From: Acidobacteriota bacterium
GTDB taxonomy: Bacteria > Acidobacteriota > Terriglobia > Acidiferrales > 2-02-FULL-67-57
Direction of reading: 5' to 3'
Length of the DNA stretch: 59,563 nt
Assembly (NCBI GenBank): GCA_016210855.1
Contig: JACQTJ010000085.1
Span: forward strand, 1 to 59,563
Below are positions 44,384-54,194 of the stretch, piece after piece (position 1 is the stretch's first letter; every line of letters begins with the position of its first letter). The notes below the pieces were generated by a model. The model saw only the letters and a program-made list of their open reading frames with translations, was not told the origin of the DNA and made no database searches. Made by a program: the position numbers and the translations under genes.

Positions 44384-45907
44384 CTACTTGCTGACCGGAG
44401 CCGCTTCCGGCAGGCGAGCCTCGAGCGGAGCGACACGGGTGCGGACACACCCCTGAAAACTGCGGTCCTGGAGGGAGTCGAGATTGATCTTGACGTTTTC
44501 CAGCGCGCCGCGCAGGGCTGCGACTCCGAGATGAACGCCCGTCTTGAGGTCCGAAGCCATGCCTGGGCTGGTGATGGGCCCGAGCTGCGCCAGGGTGTCG
44601 AGCACCCGCGCCGATGCCTCCGCCACTTCCAGGGGACTCTCCGTGGCTGCCTGGTTGGCCTGTTCGATCGCCTGCTCGCGGGCTCGCTTTTCCTGGTCCG
44701 AGTTCTTCGGCAGCCGATAGGCAGCCAAAACGACCTCGAAGCTGGCAGCGTCACGGTCAATGGCGCTCTGTAGCTGGGCTCGCAACTGGGCGAGTTCCTG
44801 GGCGTGCTGGTTCAGTTTGGCGGCGTGCTCGGCATGGGCTTTTTTGCCCGCAGAGAGTTTTGCCACCATGTGGCCGAGGGCCGCCGCCAGCGCCCCCGCC
44901 AGCGCCGCGCAGGAGCCGCCACCGGGAGTAGGCGTGGGCTCGGCCACGGCATCGAGCAGCGGCTGCGCCAGAGCGACCAGCCCGGCCGGCCTCAACTCCA
45001 CCAGCACCGCCGCCAGGCGGTTCTCGAGGATCTGCTTCTGCGGGTCGAAGTTCTCCAGTTGCAAATAGAAGTCCGCCGTGGCCTCCAGCGCCTTCTTGGG
45101 AATCAGGCCCACGACTTCGCTGCCGACGATCGAGACTCCGTGCCGGGCGGCCTCGCCCTTCACCATCTCGAACACCCGGTAGATGGGCGTGCGCTCGAAA
45201 TCCGTCAGGTTGATCGAGACTTGGGCCAGCCCGCGCGCCTTCAGGTCCACCCCCATCGCCTTCACGTAGCGCAGCCCGCCGCTCGAAAAGCGGATAGCTT
45301 TGGCGATCTGCTTGGCCACGTTCACGTCCGGAATGTTCAGGTTGATGTTGTAAGCGATCAGGAACTTCCGCGCTCCGACCACCGTGGCTCCGGCGGTCGG
45401 GTGCAAGCGCGCATCGCCAAAGTCGGGCGCCCGGTCGGGGTTCGCGGCAACCTCCTCCCGCAGGCCCTCGAACTGCCCGCGGCGGATATTCTCCAGGTTC
45501 ACGCGATCCGGCCGCGTGGCGGCTTCTTCGTAGAGGTAGACAGGAATCGCGAAGCGCTTCCAGATCTGCTCTCCCACCTGTCGGGCGAGCTCCACACAGT
45601 CTTCGATCGTCACTCCTTCGATAGGGACGAAGGGAACCACATCGGCTGCTCCGATGCGGGGGTGGGCGCCCTGGTGTTTGGTGAGGTCAATCAGCTCCGC
45701 CGCCTTGCCCACGCCCCGCAGGGCGGCTTCGGCAATGGCCTCCTTGGGCCCGACGATGGTGATGACCGAGCGGTTGTGGTCGGCGTCCATTTCCTGGTCG
45801 AGCAGCGACACTCCAGGGACCGAGCAGAGCGCTGCCACAAGGGCATTCACCTTGGCTTGGTCGCGCCCTTCGCTGAAGTTCGGGACGCATTCGACCAGAC
45901 TGGGCAA
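44384..45907 (-). CDS. ftcD: bifunctional glutamate formimidoyltransferase / formimidoyltetrahydrofolate cyclodeaminase
   Basis: N-terminal VECVPNFSEGR signature of formiminotransferase. C-terminal cyclodeaminase region (PTPGGGSCAALAGALAAALGHMV). TTG start after GAGGGAG. Confidence 0.9.
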   Translation of the reverse strand: MPSLVECVPNFSEGRDQAKVNALVAALCSVPGVSLLDQEMDADHNRSVITIVGPKEAIAEAALRGVGKAAELIDLTKHQGAHPRIGAADVVPFVPIEGVTIEDCVELARQVGEQIWKRFAIPVYLYEEAATRPDRVNLENIRRGQFEGLREEVAANPDRAPDFGDARLHPTAGATVVGARKFLIAYNINLNIPDVNVAKQIAKAIRFSSGGLRYVKAMGVDLKARGLAQVSINLTDFERTPIYRVFEMVKGEAARHGVSIVGSEVVGLIPKKALEATADFYLQLENFDPQKQILENRLAAVLVELRPAGLVALAQPLLDAVAEPTPTPGGGSCAALAGALAAALGHMVAKLSAGKKAHAEHAAKLNQHAQELAQLRAQLQSAIDRDAASFEVVLAAYRLPKNSDQEKRAREQAIEQANQAATESPLEVAEASARVLDTLAQLGPITSPGMASDLKTGVHLGVAALRGALENVKINLDSLQDRSFQGCVRTRVAPLEARLPEAAPVSK

Positions 45908-45918
45908 TGAAATCTCCC

Positions 45919-46167
45919 TCAGCGGCTCTTGGCGGTTTCGGCGGCTCCCGCTTCGATCTTACCGGCGTACTTTTCAAACCAGGCGCCGGCCTCGTCCTTG
46001 CCCACCTGCCGCTCTAGGTAGGCGCGGTAGTCCATGAGCAGCGCGGCCGTCCGCCCCAGGGGGCGCGGTCGATTCGGGTTCATGCCCTGCGAAGCCAGCC
46101 AGCGGTGGAAATCGAGCGGGCGGGCGTCAGGGGCCCGCTTCGCGGGGGAATCGGCGGGTCGAGTCAT
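45919..46167 (-). CDS. small hypothetical protein within the hut cluster
   Basis: 82-aa ORF (or 54 aa from ATG 46083) with good G/C third-position bias. Its stop overlaps the ftcD RBS. I recognise no family and see no clear RBS. Confidence 0.45.
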   Translation of the reverse strand: MTRPADSPAKRAPDARPLDFHRWLASQGMNPNRPRPLGRTAALLMDYRAYLERQVGKDEAGAWFEKYAGKIEAGAAETAKSR

Positions 46168-47410
46168 AAATCACTTGGCCGCGCTTAAGAGTCCAGCGGC
46201 AGCGGTTGACCCCAAAATAATACGGGATTTCCCGGTAATCGCAAAGCTCGAAGGCGCAGAGGTCAGCCTGCTTGCCGCGCTCAAGCGAACCCAGCCGGTC
46301 GCCGCGGCGCAGGGCGTGGGCGCCGTTGATGGTGGCGGCGCTGATGGCCTCGGCCGGCGTCATGCGCATCTCGTTGCAGGCGAGGGAGAGAATCATCGGC
46401 ATCGAAACCGTCGGCGAGGTGCCCGGATTGAAGTCGGTCGCAAGAGCCACGGCGGCGCCCGCCTCAATCAAAGCCCGCGCTGGCGCGTGGGTGGACTTGC
46501 CCAGGTGGAAGACGGCACCGGGCAGCAGCGTGCAAATCGTCTCCGAGCCCGCCAGTCGGCGGATGTCGGCGCGATTGACGCGCTCCAGGTGGTCCACGCT
46601 CACAGCGTGCAGCTCAGCCGCCAGCCGGGCTCCACCCGTGCGGGTGAGCTGCTCAGCGTGCAGCCTCGGCTCCATCCCGCAGACGCGAGCAGCGGTGAGA
46701 ATCAGACGCGCCTGGGCAGGTGTAAACGCCTCCCGATCGCAGAAGACGTCACAGAATTCGGCCAAGCCACGGCTGGCGATGGTAGGAATCATTCGCCGCA
46801 CGAGCAGGTGAACGTACGGCTCAGGTTTTCGCCCGTACTCACGGGGCACGACGTGCGCGCCGAGGAACGTGGAGACGATCTCGAGCGGCCCCTCGCGGTT
46901 GAGCCGCCGGATCGTCTCCAGAATCTTGATTTCGTTTTTCAGGTCAAGCCCATAGCCGCTCTTGGCTTCGAGCGTCGTAGTTCCGTGGGCCGCGAACTCG
47001 GCGAGCCATTGCCGGGCCTGATGCAGCAGCAGCTTCCCGGAGTCTCTTCGCAGTTTCTTGACCGTGGAGAGGATGCCGCCGCCGCGCCGAGCAATTTCTT
47101 CGTAGCTGGCCCCCAGAATTCGTTGCTCGTACTCGCCGGCTCGACTGGCGGGAAAAACCAGGTGCGTATGGCTGTCCACGAAGCCGGGGAGCACGACCAG
47201 GTCTTTGGCGCTGACTTTTTCGGCCCGCCGCGCCGACGGATGCCGCTCGAGGCTGCGCGTGGAGCCGACCGCCTCGATGTTCCCGTCGCGAATGAGCACT
47301 GCCCCGTCGCGGACGAGTCCAAGGTCGGAGAGGGCGCGGCCGCGGCGGGGCTGGCGCGGTCCGCGCAGGGTCAGAAGCTGGCGGCAGTGGGCGATGAAGA
47401 AGTCTGACAT
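46127..47410 (-). CDS. hutI: imidazolonepropionase
   Basis: Amidohydrolase metal motif VDSHTHLVF and full-length HutI-like sequence (427 aa). Confidence 0.94.
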   Translation of the reverse strand: MSDFFIAHCRQLLTLRGPRQPRRGRALSDLGLVRDGAVLIRDGNIEAVGSTRSLERHPSARRAEKVSAKDLVVLPGFVDSHTHLVFPASRAGEYEQRILGASYEEIARRGGGILSTVKKLRRDSGKLLLHQARQWLAEFAAHGTTTLEAKSGYGLDLKNEIKILETIRRLNREGPLEIVSTFLGAHVVPREYGRKPEPYVHLLVRRMIPTIASRGLAEFCDVFCDREAFTPAQARLILTAARVCGMEPRLHAEQLTRTGGARLAAELHAVSVDHLERVNRADIRRLAGSETICTLLPGAVFHLGKSTHAPARALIEAGAAVALATDFNPGTSPTVSMPMILSLACNEMRMTPAEAISAATINGAHALRRGDRLGSLERGKQADLCAFELCDYREIPYYFGVNRCRWTLKRGQVIYDSTRRFPREAGP

Positions 47411-47414
47411 GGCG

Positions 47415-47442
47415 TTGACACAGTCCAGTGGCGGGCTAGAAT
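47415..47442 (+). promoter_or_regulatory. strong sigma70-type promoter of the zinc-ribbon/RsbW-like cassette
   Basis: TTGACA (47415-47420), a 16-nt spacer, then TAGAAT (47437-47442). Confidence 0.6.
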
Positions 47443-47477
47443 AGCAAAGGACCGGTAGCGCAGGGGAGGGAAGTGCG

Positions 47478-47642
47478 ATGCCGCTCTACGAGTACACCTG
47501 CAAGGACTGCCAAAAGGGGTTCAGCCGGGTGCTGACCCTCAAGGAATACGAGAGCGGGCAGGTGGAGTGCCCGCACTGCAAGAGCAAGAGTGTGGAGCAG
47601 AAGCCGGCCAGCTTCTACGCCGTCACGTCCAAGAAGAGCTAG
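47478..47642 (+). CDS. FmdB-family zinc-ribbon protein
   Basis: 54-aa ORF, too short for the track: MPLYEYTCKDCQKGFSRVLTLKEYESGQVECPHCKSKSVEQK.... It has the classic MP-YEY-C-x2-C...C-x2-C signature; GGGGAGGGAAG RBS. Confidence 0.82.
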   Translation: MPLYEYTCKDCQKGFSRVLTLKEYESGQVECPHCKSKSVEQKPASFYAVTSKKS

Positions 47643-47663
47643 CTCAGCCTGGCAGGGAAGGCC

Positions 47664-48149
47664 ATGCCCGCGAGGCGAGGAGCCCAGTTGATTCCCCAGC
47701 GCCCCTGTCGGTTCAGCCGGAAGGACTTGATCCTGCGCTTCTGGCAGGTCATCCCCAGCACCATACCTGCGGTGAATCGCGTCATCGCCCGCGTCCTGCG
47801 CGTGGCCCGGGCGATGGAGTGTGCCAAGGGTGAGCTTCCCAAGGTGGAAATCGCCCTGCGGGAGGCGCTGAACAACGCCATCGTCCACGGCAGCGGCGGC
47901 GACCCGAAAAAGAAGGTGGCCATCTGCTGCCTGTGCGCGGAAGACAAAGGGATGCTGCTGGTGGTCGAAAACTTCGGCCCTGCCTTTGACCCTTCTCAGG
48001 TGCCTGATCCGACAAGGGCTGAAAACATCTACGCGACCCACGGCCGGGGCATCTTCCTAATGCGGCGGATGATGGACGAAGTACGCTACGAGAAGGATGG
48101 GCGACAGGTGCTGATGAAAAAGGCAGCCCCGCGCCGCCCTCGTCACTAG
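47664..48149 (+). CDS. RsbW/SpoIIAB-like anti-sigma regulatory factor (HATPase_c serine kinase)
   Basis: N-box [11 protein letters not shown]1-like VENFGPAFD (Asn where Asp is usual) and G2 HGRGIFLM. Confidence 0.8.
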   Translation: MPARRGAQLIPQRPCRFSRKDLILRFWQVIPSTIPAVNRVIARVLRVARAMECAKGELPKVEIALREALNNAIVHGSGGDPKKKVAICCLCAEDKGMLLVVENFGPAFDPSQVPDPTRAENIYATHGRGIFLMRRMMDEVRYEKDGRQVLMKKAAPRRPRH

Positions 48150-49819
48150 GTCATCGGGAGCTTCAGGCCCCGCTTTCTGCCGAATTCGATGGCTTCGGGG
48201 TAGCCGGCGTCGGCGTGGCGGGCGATGCCGATGCCGGGGTCGTTCGTGAGCACCCGCTCCAGACGCGCGTCCATCTCTTCCGTCCCGTCAGCCACGATGA
48301 CCTGGCCGGCGTGCTGTGAATAGCCAATGCCCACGCCGCCACCGTTGTGGACGGAGACCCAACTGGCGCCGCTGACGGCGTTAAGCAGCGCATTCAGGAG
48401 CGGCCAGTCGGCTACGGCATCGGTGCCATCCTTCATCTTTTCGGTTTCCCGGAACGGTGAGGCCACTGAACCGGTGTCGAGGTGGTCGCGGCCGATGACG
48501 ATGGGAGCTTTGAGCTCGCCGCGCCGCACCAGGTCGTTCAGCCGCAAGCCGAACTCCGCCCGCTCGCCGTAACCCAGCCAGCAGATGCGCGCCGGGAGCC
48601 CCTGGAACTTGATCTTGTTCTGCGCCAGCGGAATCCACCGGGCCAGCACCCGGTCGCGCGGGAAAAGTTCGAGCACCAGCCGGTCGGTGCGTTGGATGTC
48701 GGCCGCCTCACCCGACAGTGCCACCCAGCGGAACGGCCCCCGCCCCTCGCAGAACATCGGCCGGATGTAGGCTTGCACGAAGCCCGGGAAGGCGTAGGCC
48801 TCGGCGACCCCGTGGTTGTAGGCCATGGTGCGGATGTTGTTGCCGTAGTCGAATGTGACCGCGCCCAGCCGCTGCAGCCGCAGCATGCCTTCGACATGCC
48901 GGGCGATGGAGTCGAGCGAGCGCTTCAAGTACCCATCCGGATCCTTGCGTCGCAGCTCCAGCGCCTGTTCGACGCTCACTCCCGCCGGCACGTAGCCGTT
49001 CAGAGGGTCGTGGGCGCTGGTCTGGTCGGTGAGGAGGTCTGGGACGACGCCGCGGTCGGCTAGGGCCGGGATGACCTCGGCGCAGTTGCCTACCAAGCCC
49101 ACGGAAACCGGCTCCTTCTTCCGTAGAGCCTCCTTCAGGATGCGCAAGGCTTCGTCGAGGTCATTGACCATGATGTCGCAGTAGCCGGTCTTGACCCGGC
49201 GCTTGATGCGCTCCGGGTCCACCTCGACGCCCAGGAAGCAGGCGCCGTTCATGGTGGCGGCCAGGGGCTGGGCGCCGCCCATCCCGCCGAGCCCGCCCGA
49301 GGCGATCAGCTTGCCGTGCAGGTCGCCCGCGAAATGGCGCTCGCCGGCAGCGGCGAAGGTTTCATACGTTCCCTGCAAGATGCCCTGGGTGCCAATGTAA
49401 ATCCAGCTGCCGGCTGTCATCTGTCCGTACATCATCAGGCCGGCGCGCTCCAGTTCGCGGAAATGCTCCCAGTTCGACCAGTGGCCGACGAGGTTCGCGT
49501 TCGCAATCAGCACCCGGGGAGCCCAAGGATAGGTCTTGAAAACGCCGACGGGCTTTCCGGATTGCACAAGCAGGGTTTCGTCATTGGCGAGACTGCGCAG
49601 AGAGCTGACGATGGCCTGAAAGCACACCCAATCGCGCGCCGCCTTGCCGGTGCCACCGTACACGATTAGCTCTTCCGGCTGCTCCGCCACCTCCGGGTCG
49701 AGGTTGTTCATCAGCATCCGCAGGGCGGCCTCTTGGTGCCAGCCTTGGCAGGAGCGCTCTGCGCCCCGGGGGGCTCGGACCGGCTGGTAGGTGCCGGCGT
49801 GGACGGTGGGCTGGCTCAT
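48146..49819 (-). CDS. hutU: urocanate hydratase
   Basis: 557 aa from ATG 49819. NAD-binding [13 protein letters not shown] and full-length urocanase similarity. The 1279-aa track ORF is an over-extension. Confidence 0.95.
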   Translation of the reverse strand: MSQPTVHAGTYQPVRAPRGAERSCQGWHQEAALRMLMNNLDPEVAEQPEELIVYGGTGKAARDWVCFQAIVSSLRSLANDETLLVQSGKPVGVFKTYPWAPRVLIANANLVGHWSNWEHFRELERAGLMMYGQMTAGSWIYIGTQGILQGTYETFAAAGERHFAGDLHGKLIASGGLGGMGGAQPLAATMNGACFLGVEVDPERIKRRVKTGYCDIMVNDLDEALRILKEALRKKEPVSVGLVGNCAEVIPALADRGVVPDLLTDQTSAHDPLNGYVPAGVSVEQALELRRKDPDGYLKRSLDSIARHVEGMLRLQRLGAVTFDYGNNIRTMAYNHGVAEAYAFPGFVQAYIRPMFCEGRGPFRWVALSGEAADIQRTDRLVLELFPRDRVLARWIPLAQNKIKFQGLPARICWLGYGERAEFGLRLNDLVRRGELKAPIVIGRDHLDTGSVASPFRETEKMKDGTDAVADWPLLNALLNAVSGASWVSVHNGGGVGIGYSQHAGQVIVADGTEEMDARLERVLTNDPGIGIARHADAGYPEAIEFGRKRGLKLPMT

Positions 49820-49936
49820 CCAGGGTGTCTCCGCTGCAATCTTAGCGCAGAGCTTGGCCCCTTGGATAGAGTTCGGGGCCCCTGGCGAAGGGGTTTGGCG
49901 GGGGCCGCAAGTTGCGGTAGAGTTTCGCCCGCGGCC

Positions 49937-51742
49937 ATGCACAGCACCACCCTGAACCAGTTGCTGCTCACCGGGATCAGGAGCCACGACCGGCCCGACC
50001 TGCTCTGGCAGAAACAGCGCGGAGTGTGGGAGAAGATCTCGACCCCCACGTTTCTCTGCCGGGTAGCCTCGCTTGCCTGGGCCTTGCGGGAGCTTGGCAT
50101 CCGCAAGGGCGACCGGGTGGCAATCTTCAGCGAAAACCGGCCCGAGTGGCACACGGCCGACCTGGCCAGCCTGGGCCTGGGAGCCATCACCGTGCCGCTC
50201 TATGCGGCCGAGTCGGTCGAGCGCCTGCAGTACATCCTGCACGATTCCGAGGCGCGGTTGTGTTTCGTTTCCGGCCGGGATCAGCTCGAAAAAGTGAAAG
50301 CCGCCTGGGAAAGGCTTCCCCGTCTGGAGAAGGTGGTTCCCTTTGCGCAGGCCCGGGAGGGTGAGCGCGACGAGCGGGTAGTTTCCTGGAGCGAATTGGC
50401 GCGGGAGGATGTCCCTGAGAGCATGGTGCTTGAATTCGAGCGCTGTGCCCGGTCTCACCAGCCCGACGATGTCGCCACCCTGATTTACACGTCCGGGACC
50501 ACCGGGACGCCCAAGGGCGCCCTGCTCACCCAGTACAATATTGCCTCGAACGTCAGCAGCTGCTTGGGGCTGCTGGGGATGTCTTCGGGCGACCTGGCCA
50601 TCTCCATGCTGCCCCTCTGCCACATCTACGAGCGCACCCTCGACTACGGCTACTTCGTCCACGGGGTGTCCATCGCCTACGCGGAAAGCTTCGAGAAAGT
50701 CACCGAGAACCTGCGCGAGATGCGCCCCACCGTGATGGCCGTGGTGCCGCGTTTCTTCGAGAAGTTCTACGCCCGGCTGATGGACGCCGTGCAAGCCGCC
50801 CCGGCTCCGAAGCGGAAGCTGTTCGAGTGGGCGGTGGGGGTGGGTCGGAAGGCGCTGCCGTATCGCCTGGCGGGCAAGCCGTTCCCGAAGGGTCTGGCGT
50901 GGCGCTACCGCCTTGCCGACTTCCTTGTCTATCGCAAGCTGCACGCGCAGGTGGGTGGCCGGTTCCGGTGCTTTATCTCCGGTGGGGGGCCGCTGGCACG
51001 TGAGCTGAACGAGTTCTTCCAGGCTCTGGGCTTGACCATCTTCGAGGGCTACGGCCTGACGGAAACCTCGCCCGTCATTGCCGTGAACGTCCCCGGGGCG
51101 GTCAAGCTCGGCACCGTGGGCCGGCCCATCCCCGGTGTGGAAGTCAAGATTGCCGAGGACGGCGAGATCCTTACGCGAGGCCCGCATGTGATGAAGGGCT
51201 ACTATAAGATGGAAGCGGAGACCCACGAAGTGATGCGCGACGGTTGGCTCCACACCGGCGATGTGGGCTTCCTTGACGACGAAGGCTTCCTCACCATCAC
51301 TGACCGCAAGAAGGACTTGATCAAGACCGCGGGCGGGAAGATGATCGCGCCCCAGGCTATCGAGAACCGGCTGAAGGCCAGCCCCTATATCGAAGGGGCT
51401 GTGGTTCTGGGGGACAAGCGGAAGTACGCCGTGGCCTTGCTGGTGCCGAACTTTTCCACCCTGGAACGCCACGCCCAGCAGCAGGGCATCCCGTTCGGCT
51501 CGCGGGCCGAGCTGCTGGGCAGCCCGGAAATCCAGGCACTGCTGCAGGGAGAGGTGGATGCGGTCAACCACCACCTCGCTCAGTTCGAGCGCGTGAAGCG
51601 GTTTGCCGTACTCGACCGTGAGTTCAGTTTCGCTGACGGCCAACTCACCTACACCCAGAAAGTGCGCCGCCGCAGGATCGAAGAGGAGTACCACAGTCGC
51701 ATCGAGCAGCTCTACCAGGAAGAAGCCGCCGCCACCGGCTGA
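49937..51742 (+). CDS. fadD: long-chain fatty acid--CoA ligase (AMP-dependent synthetase)
   Basis: AMP-binding motif [14 protein letters not shown], then GYGLTETS and [32 protein letters not shown] at 49937. Confidence 0.9.
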   Translation: MHSTTLNQLLLTGIRSHDRPDLLWQKQRGVWEKISTPTFLCRVASLAWALRELGIRKGDRVAIFSENRPEWHTADLASLGLGAITVPLYAAESVERLQYILHDSEARLCFVSGRDQLEKVKAAWERLPRLEKVVPFAQAREGERDERVVSWSELAREDVPESMVLEFERCARSHQPDDVATLIYTSGTTGTPKGALLTQYNIASNVSSCLGLLGMSSGDLAISMLPLCHIYERTLDYGYFVHGVSIAYAESFEKVTENLREMRPTVMAVVPRFFEKFYARLMDAVQAAPAPKRKLFEWAVGVGRKALPYRLAGKPFPKGLAWRYRLADFLVYRKLHAQVGGRFRCFISGGGPLARELNEFFQALGLTIFEGYGLTETSPVIAVNVPGAVKLGTVGRPIPGVEVKIAEDGEILTRGPHVMKGYYKMEAETHEVMRDGWLHTGDVGFLDDEGFLTITDRKKDLIKTAGGKMIAPQAIENRLKASPYIEGAVVLGDKRKYAVALLVPNFSTLERHAQQQGIPFGSRAELLGSPEIQALLQGEVDAVNHHLAQFERVKRFAVLDREFSFADGQLTYTQKVRRRRIEEEYHSRIEQLYQEEAAATG

Positions 51743-51800
51743 GCGGGCGCCTGCCTTGCTCTTCTTCTCGGCCCGCCGTAGAATGCAGGGAGAGACCAGC

Positions 51801-52598
51801 ATGGCCACTACAGAAACCACGGTCACTGATGCTCTCGTCATCGCCGGCCGGTGCTTCCGCTCCCGGCTCATCGTGGGCACGGGGAAGTACCGCAGCCTGG
51901 GAGAAATGGTGCAGGCCCACGAAGCCTCTGGAGCTGAGATGGTGACGGTGGCCGTCCGGCGGGTGAACCTGACCGACAAGACCAAGGAGTCGCTGCTCGA
52001 CTACATCGACCGGAAGAAGTTCTTCCTCCTCCCGAACACCGCCGGCTGCTACACGGCCGAAGAGGCCATCCGCACGGCGCGGCTGGGTCGGGAAGTGGGC
52101 CTGTCCGAGTGGGTGAAGCTTGAAGTCATCGGCGACGAGCGCACCCTGTTCCCCGACACCGAGCAGCTGATCGAGGCCACGCGGGTGTTGGTGAAGGAAG
52201 GCTTCGTGGTCCTGCCGTACACGAACGACGATCTGGTGGTGGCGCGCAAGCTGATCGACGCCGGGGCGGCTGCGGTCATGCCTCTGGGAGCGCCCATCGG
52301 CTCCGGGATGGGCATCCAGAACCAGGCCAACATCCGCATCCTGCGCGAGAGAGTCACCGAGGTGCCCTTGGTCGTAGATGCCGGCGTGGGGACGGCCTCC
52401 GACGCCACCGTAGCCATGGAGCTCGGCGCCGACGGGGTGCTGATGAACACGGCCATCGCCCAGGCGCAGAACCCCGTGCTGATGGCGCAGGCGATGAAAA
52501 ACGCCGTCGAAGCGGGTCGCCAGGCCTACCTCGCTGGCCGCATTCCCAAGAAACTCTACGCCTCCGCCTCCAGCCCGTTGGACGGCGTGGTCCGTTAG
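51801..52598 (+). CDS. thiG: thiazole synthase
   Basis: [19 protein letters not shown] and LLPNTAGC motifs. ATG at 51801 after GGGAGAG, with TAGAAT upstream. Confidence 0.94.
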   Translation: MATTETTVTDALVIAGRCFRSRLIVGTGKYRSLGEMVQAHEASGAEMVTVAVRRVNLTDKTKESLLDYIDRKKFFLLPNTAGCYTAEEAIRTARLGREVGLSEWVKLEVIGDERTLFPDTEQLIEATRVLVKEGFVVLPYTNDDLVVARKLIDAGAAAVMPLGAPIGSGMGIQNQANIRILRERVTEVPLVVDAGVGTASDATVAMELGADGVLMNTAIAQAQNPVLMAQAMKNAVEAGRQAYLAGRIPKKLYASASSPLDGVVR

Positions 52599-52803
52599 GG
52601 CCCACGCGGCTCCTCTCCGGCGTTAAGAAGGCGCAGAATATTGTTTGACGCCGCCCCCGAATTCGGCGAGAATAAGGCGACTGAAGCGTCAGACTCGCCT
52701 CGGTGTTGTCACGCCTGACTCTGGCTGCAGCCCGGCTTGAATCTGCCTCTTCGGTACTGAGTCCCGCGGGGATGAGTCTGCTGCGGGGAGAGGAGTTGTT
52801 TCC

Positions 52804-53121
52804 GTGAAGAAGCTTTATGTGGGCAATTTGCCCTATCAGGCGAGTGAGGCAGAGCTGCAGAATTGGTTTGCCCAGGCGGGCATCGCCGTGAGCACTGTCA
52901 ATCTGGTTCGGGACCGGTATTCCGGGGAGCCCCGCGGCTTCGGCTTCGTTGAAGTGAACGACGATGACCAGGCCATGCAGGCCATCCAGGGGCTCAACGG
53001 CAAGGACTTCCTGGGCCGCACCCTGGTGGTCAACGAAGCCCGTCCTCCTCGCGAACGCGGCGCAGGCGGCGGCGGCGGCCGAGGTGGGCATGGCGGCGGC
53101 CGAGGCCGCCGGAGCTGGTAG
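52804..53121 (+). CDS. RRM-type RNA-binding protein with a Gly/Arg-rich tail
   Basis: RNP2 LYVGNL, RNP1 RGFGFVEV and a C-terminal GAGGGGGRGGHGGGRGRR tail. GTG start after GGAGAGGAG. Confidence 0.92.
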   Translation: MKKLYVGNLPYQASEAELQNWFAQAGIAVSTVNLVRDRYSGEPRGFGFVEVNDDDQAMQAIQGLNGKDFLGRTLVVNEARPPRERGAGGGGGRGGHGGGRGRRSW

Positions 53122-53171
53122 CCCGGGCGCGCAGGCAGGTCCCAGGAACGGGTGCCCAAGCAAGAGGGAAG

Positions 53172-53247
53172 TGGCGCGCCTGGTGGGATTTGAACCCACG
53201 GCCTCTGGTTCCGGAGACCAGCGCTCTATCCTCTGAGCTACAGGCGC
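53172..53247 (-). tRNA. tRNA-Arg (anticodon CCG)
   Basis: Manual cloverleaf: GCGCCTG/CAGGCGC acceptor, GCTC/GAGC D-stem, CTGGT/ACCAG anticodon stem with loop CT-CCG-GA, GTGGG-TTCAAAT-CCCAC T-arm, and an encoded CCA. Confidence 0.93.
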
Positions 53248-53258
53248 ATCGCTAGCTC

Positions 53259-53288
53259 ATTCTATTACGCCCCTCAACCTGTTTTCAA
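53259..53288 (-). promoter_or_regulatory. candidate tRNA-Arg promoter
   Basis: Minus strand reads TTGAAA (53288-53283), an 18-nt spacer, then TAGAAT (53264-53259), 11 nt upstream of the mature 5' end. Confidence 0.45.
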
Positions 53289-53331
53289 CCGCGACGGGAA
53301 TCGACTCAGGGGATCCCACTGCAATCCCAGC

Positions 53332-54093
53332 CTAGGCAGGAATCTTCAAGAGGAGTACGGTGATGTTGTCGTCTCCGCCCCGGGCTTTGGCCAATTCCAC
53401 CAGGCGGGCGCAGGCCTGCTGGGGGTCGGGATCGGCGAGGGCCAGCTCCCTCAGCTCGTCATCGTCGACCAAGCCCGAGAGTCCATCGCTGCAAAGCAAG
53501 AAGGTGTCATTCGCCTGGATGGGGAGCGGCTCCGGCAGGCTGACCGGCATGGGCGGGGTAGGAGTTCCCAGGGCTTGCATCAGGATGTTGCGGTCCGGGT
53601 GGCGCTCGGCTTCGCTGCGCGTGATCAGCCCCTCGGCTGCCATGGCCTGCACCCAGGTCTGATCGGCCGTAAGCCGCTGGATTCTTCCCGCCCGGATCAA
53701 GTAGGCGCGCGTGTCGCCCACGTGTACGAGGTAGGCGTGGTTGTCGACCAGCGCCAGCGCCGTGCAGGTTGTTCCCATGCTGGCCAGTTCGGGCTTCTGC
53801 CGGGCAGCTTGAAGAATGCTCTCGCTGGCTCGGCGGAAGGCTTCGCGGAGGATCTCGCTGGGAGAGCCGGCCTCCGTCGACCGGTAGAGGCCTACGATCG
53901 TGTCCACAGCCAGCCGGCTGGCCACCGCGCCCCCTTGATGGCCGCCCATGCCGTCGGCCACCACGAGGAGGTGGCCCTTGATGGCGGCAGCTCCCTCGCC
54001 CCGAAAGTAGCCGTAGCTGTCCTGGTTTTCCTGGCGGCGGAGCCCGATGTCAGAGAGAGCGGCAAAAAGCGGTGATGTCACTGGCGCAGCCAT
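53332..54093 (-). CDS. PP2C-family serine/threonine phosphatase (Stp1-like)
   Basis: RRQENQDS, VVADGMGGHQGG, LLCSDGL and GGDDNITVLL motifs. Confidence 0.92.
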   Translation of the reverse strand: MAAPVTSPLFAALSDIGLRRQENQDSYGYFRGEGAAAIKGHLLVVADGMGGHQGGAVASRLAVDTIVGLYRSTEAGSPSEILREAFRRASESILQAARQKPELASMGTTCTALALVDNHAYLVHVGDTRAYLIRAGRIQRLTADQTWVQAMAAEGLITRSEAERHPDRNILMQALGTPTPPMPVSLPEPLPIQANDTFLLCSDGLSGLVDDDELRELALADPDPQQACARLVELAKARGGDDNITVLLLKIPA

Positions 54094-54194
54094 GCGCGCT
54101 ATCGGTTGCGGTCTTGTTTACTGGGTCAGCCCCGGAGGGGCCCTGTTGTCCCGCCCGGGGTCTCCGGCTGAGAACTGACCGGCAACAATCTCCC

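Noticed and set aside
49820-49936. The palindrome CCGCAA-g-TTGCGG and the GGCCCC...GGGGCC inverted repeat between hutU and fadD as a HutC operator.
   Set aside because: It does not resemble the GntR/HutC TGTA-n-TACA type site that I know. Short GC-rich palindromes are frequent at this GC content. I note it only as a weak candidate.
51743-51800. Possible TPP riboswitch upstream of thiG.
   Set aside because: Only 58 nt are available and no THI-box elements (CUGAGA / ACCUGA core) are present. The region holds just TAGAAT and an RBS.
48146-51985. 1279-aa minus-strand ORF suggesting a giant fusion protein.
   Set aside because: Only the C-terminal 557 aa (from ATG 49819) is urocanase. The upstream part is antisense to fadD and thiG and has artefact-like composition.
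53122-53331. tRNA-Arg as the attachment site of an integrated element.
   Set aside because: There is no integrase, no duplicated tRNA 3' segment and no compositional break. The flanking genes (an RRM protein and a PP2C phosphatase) look native.
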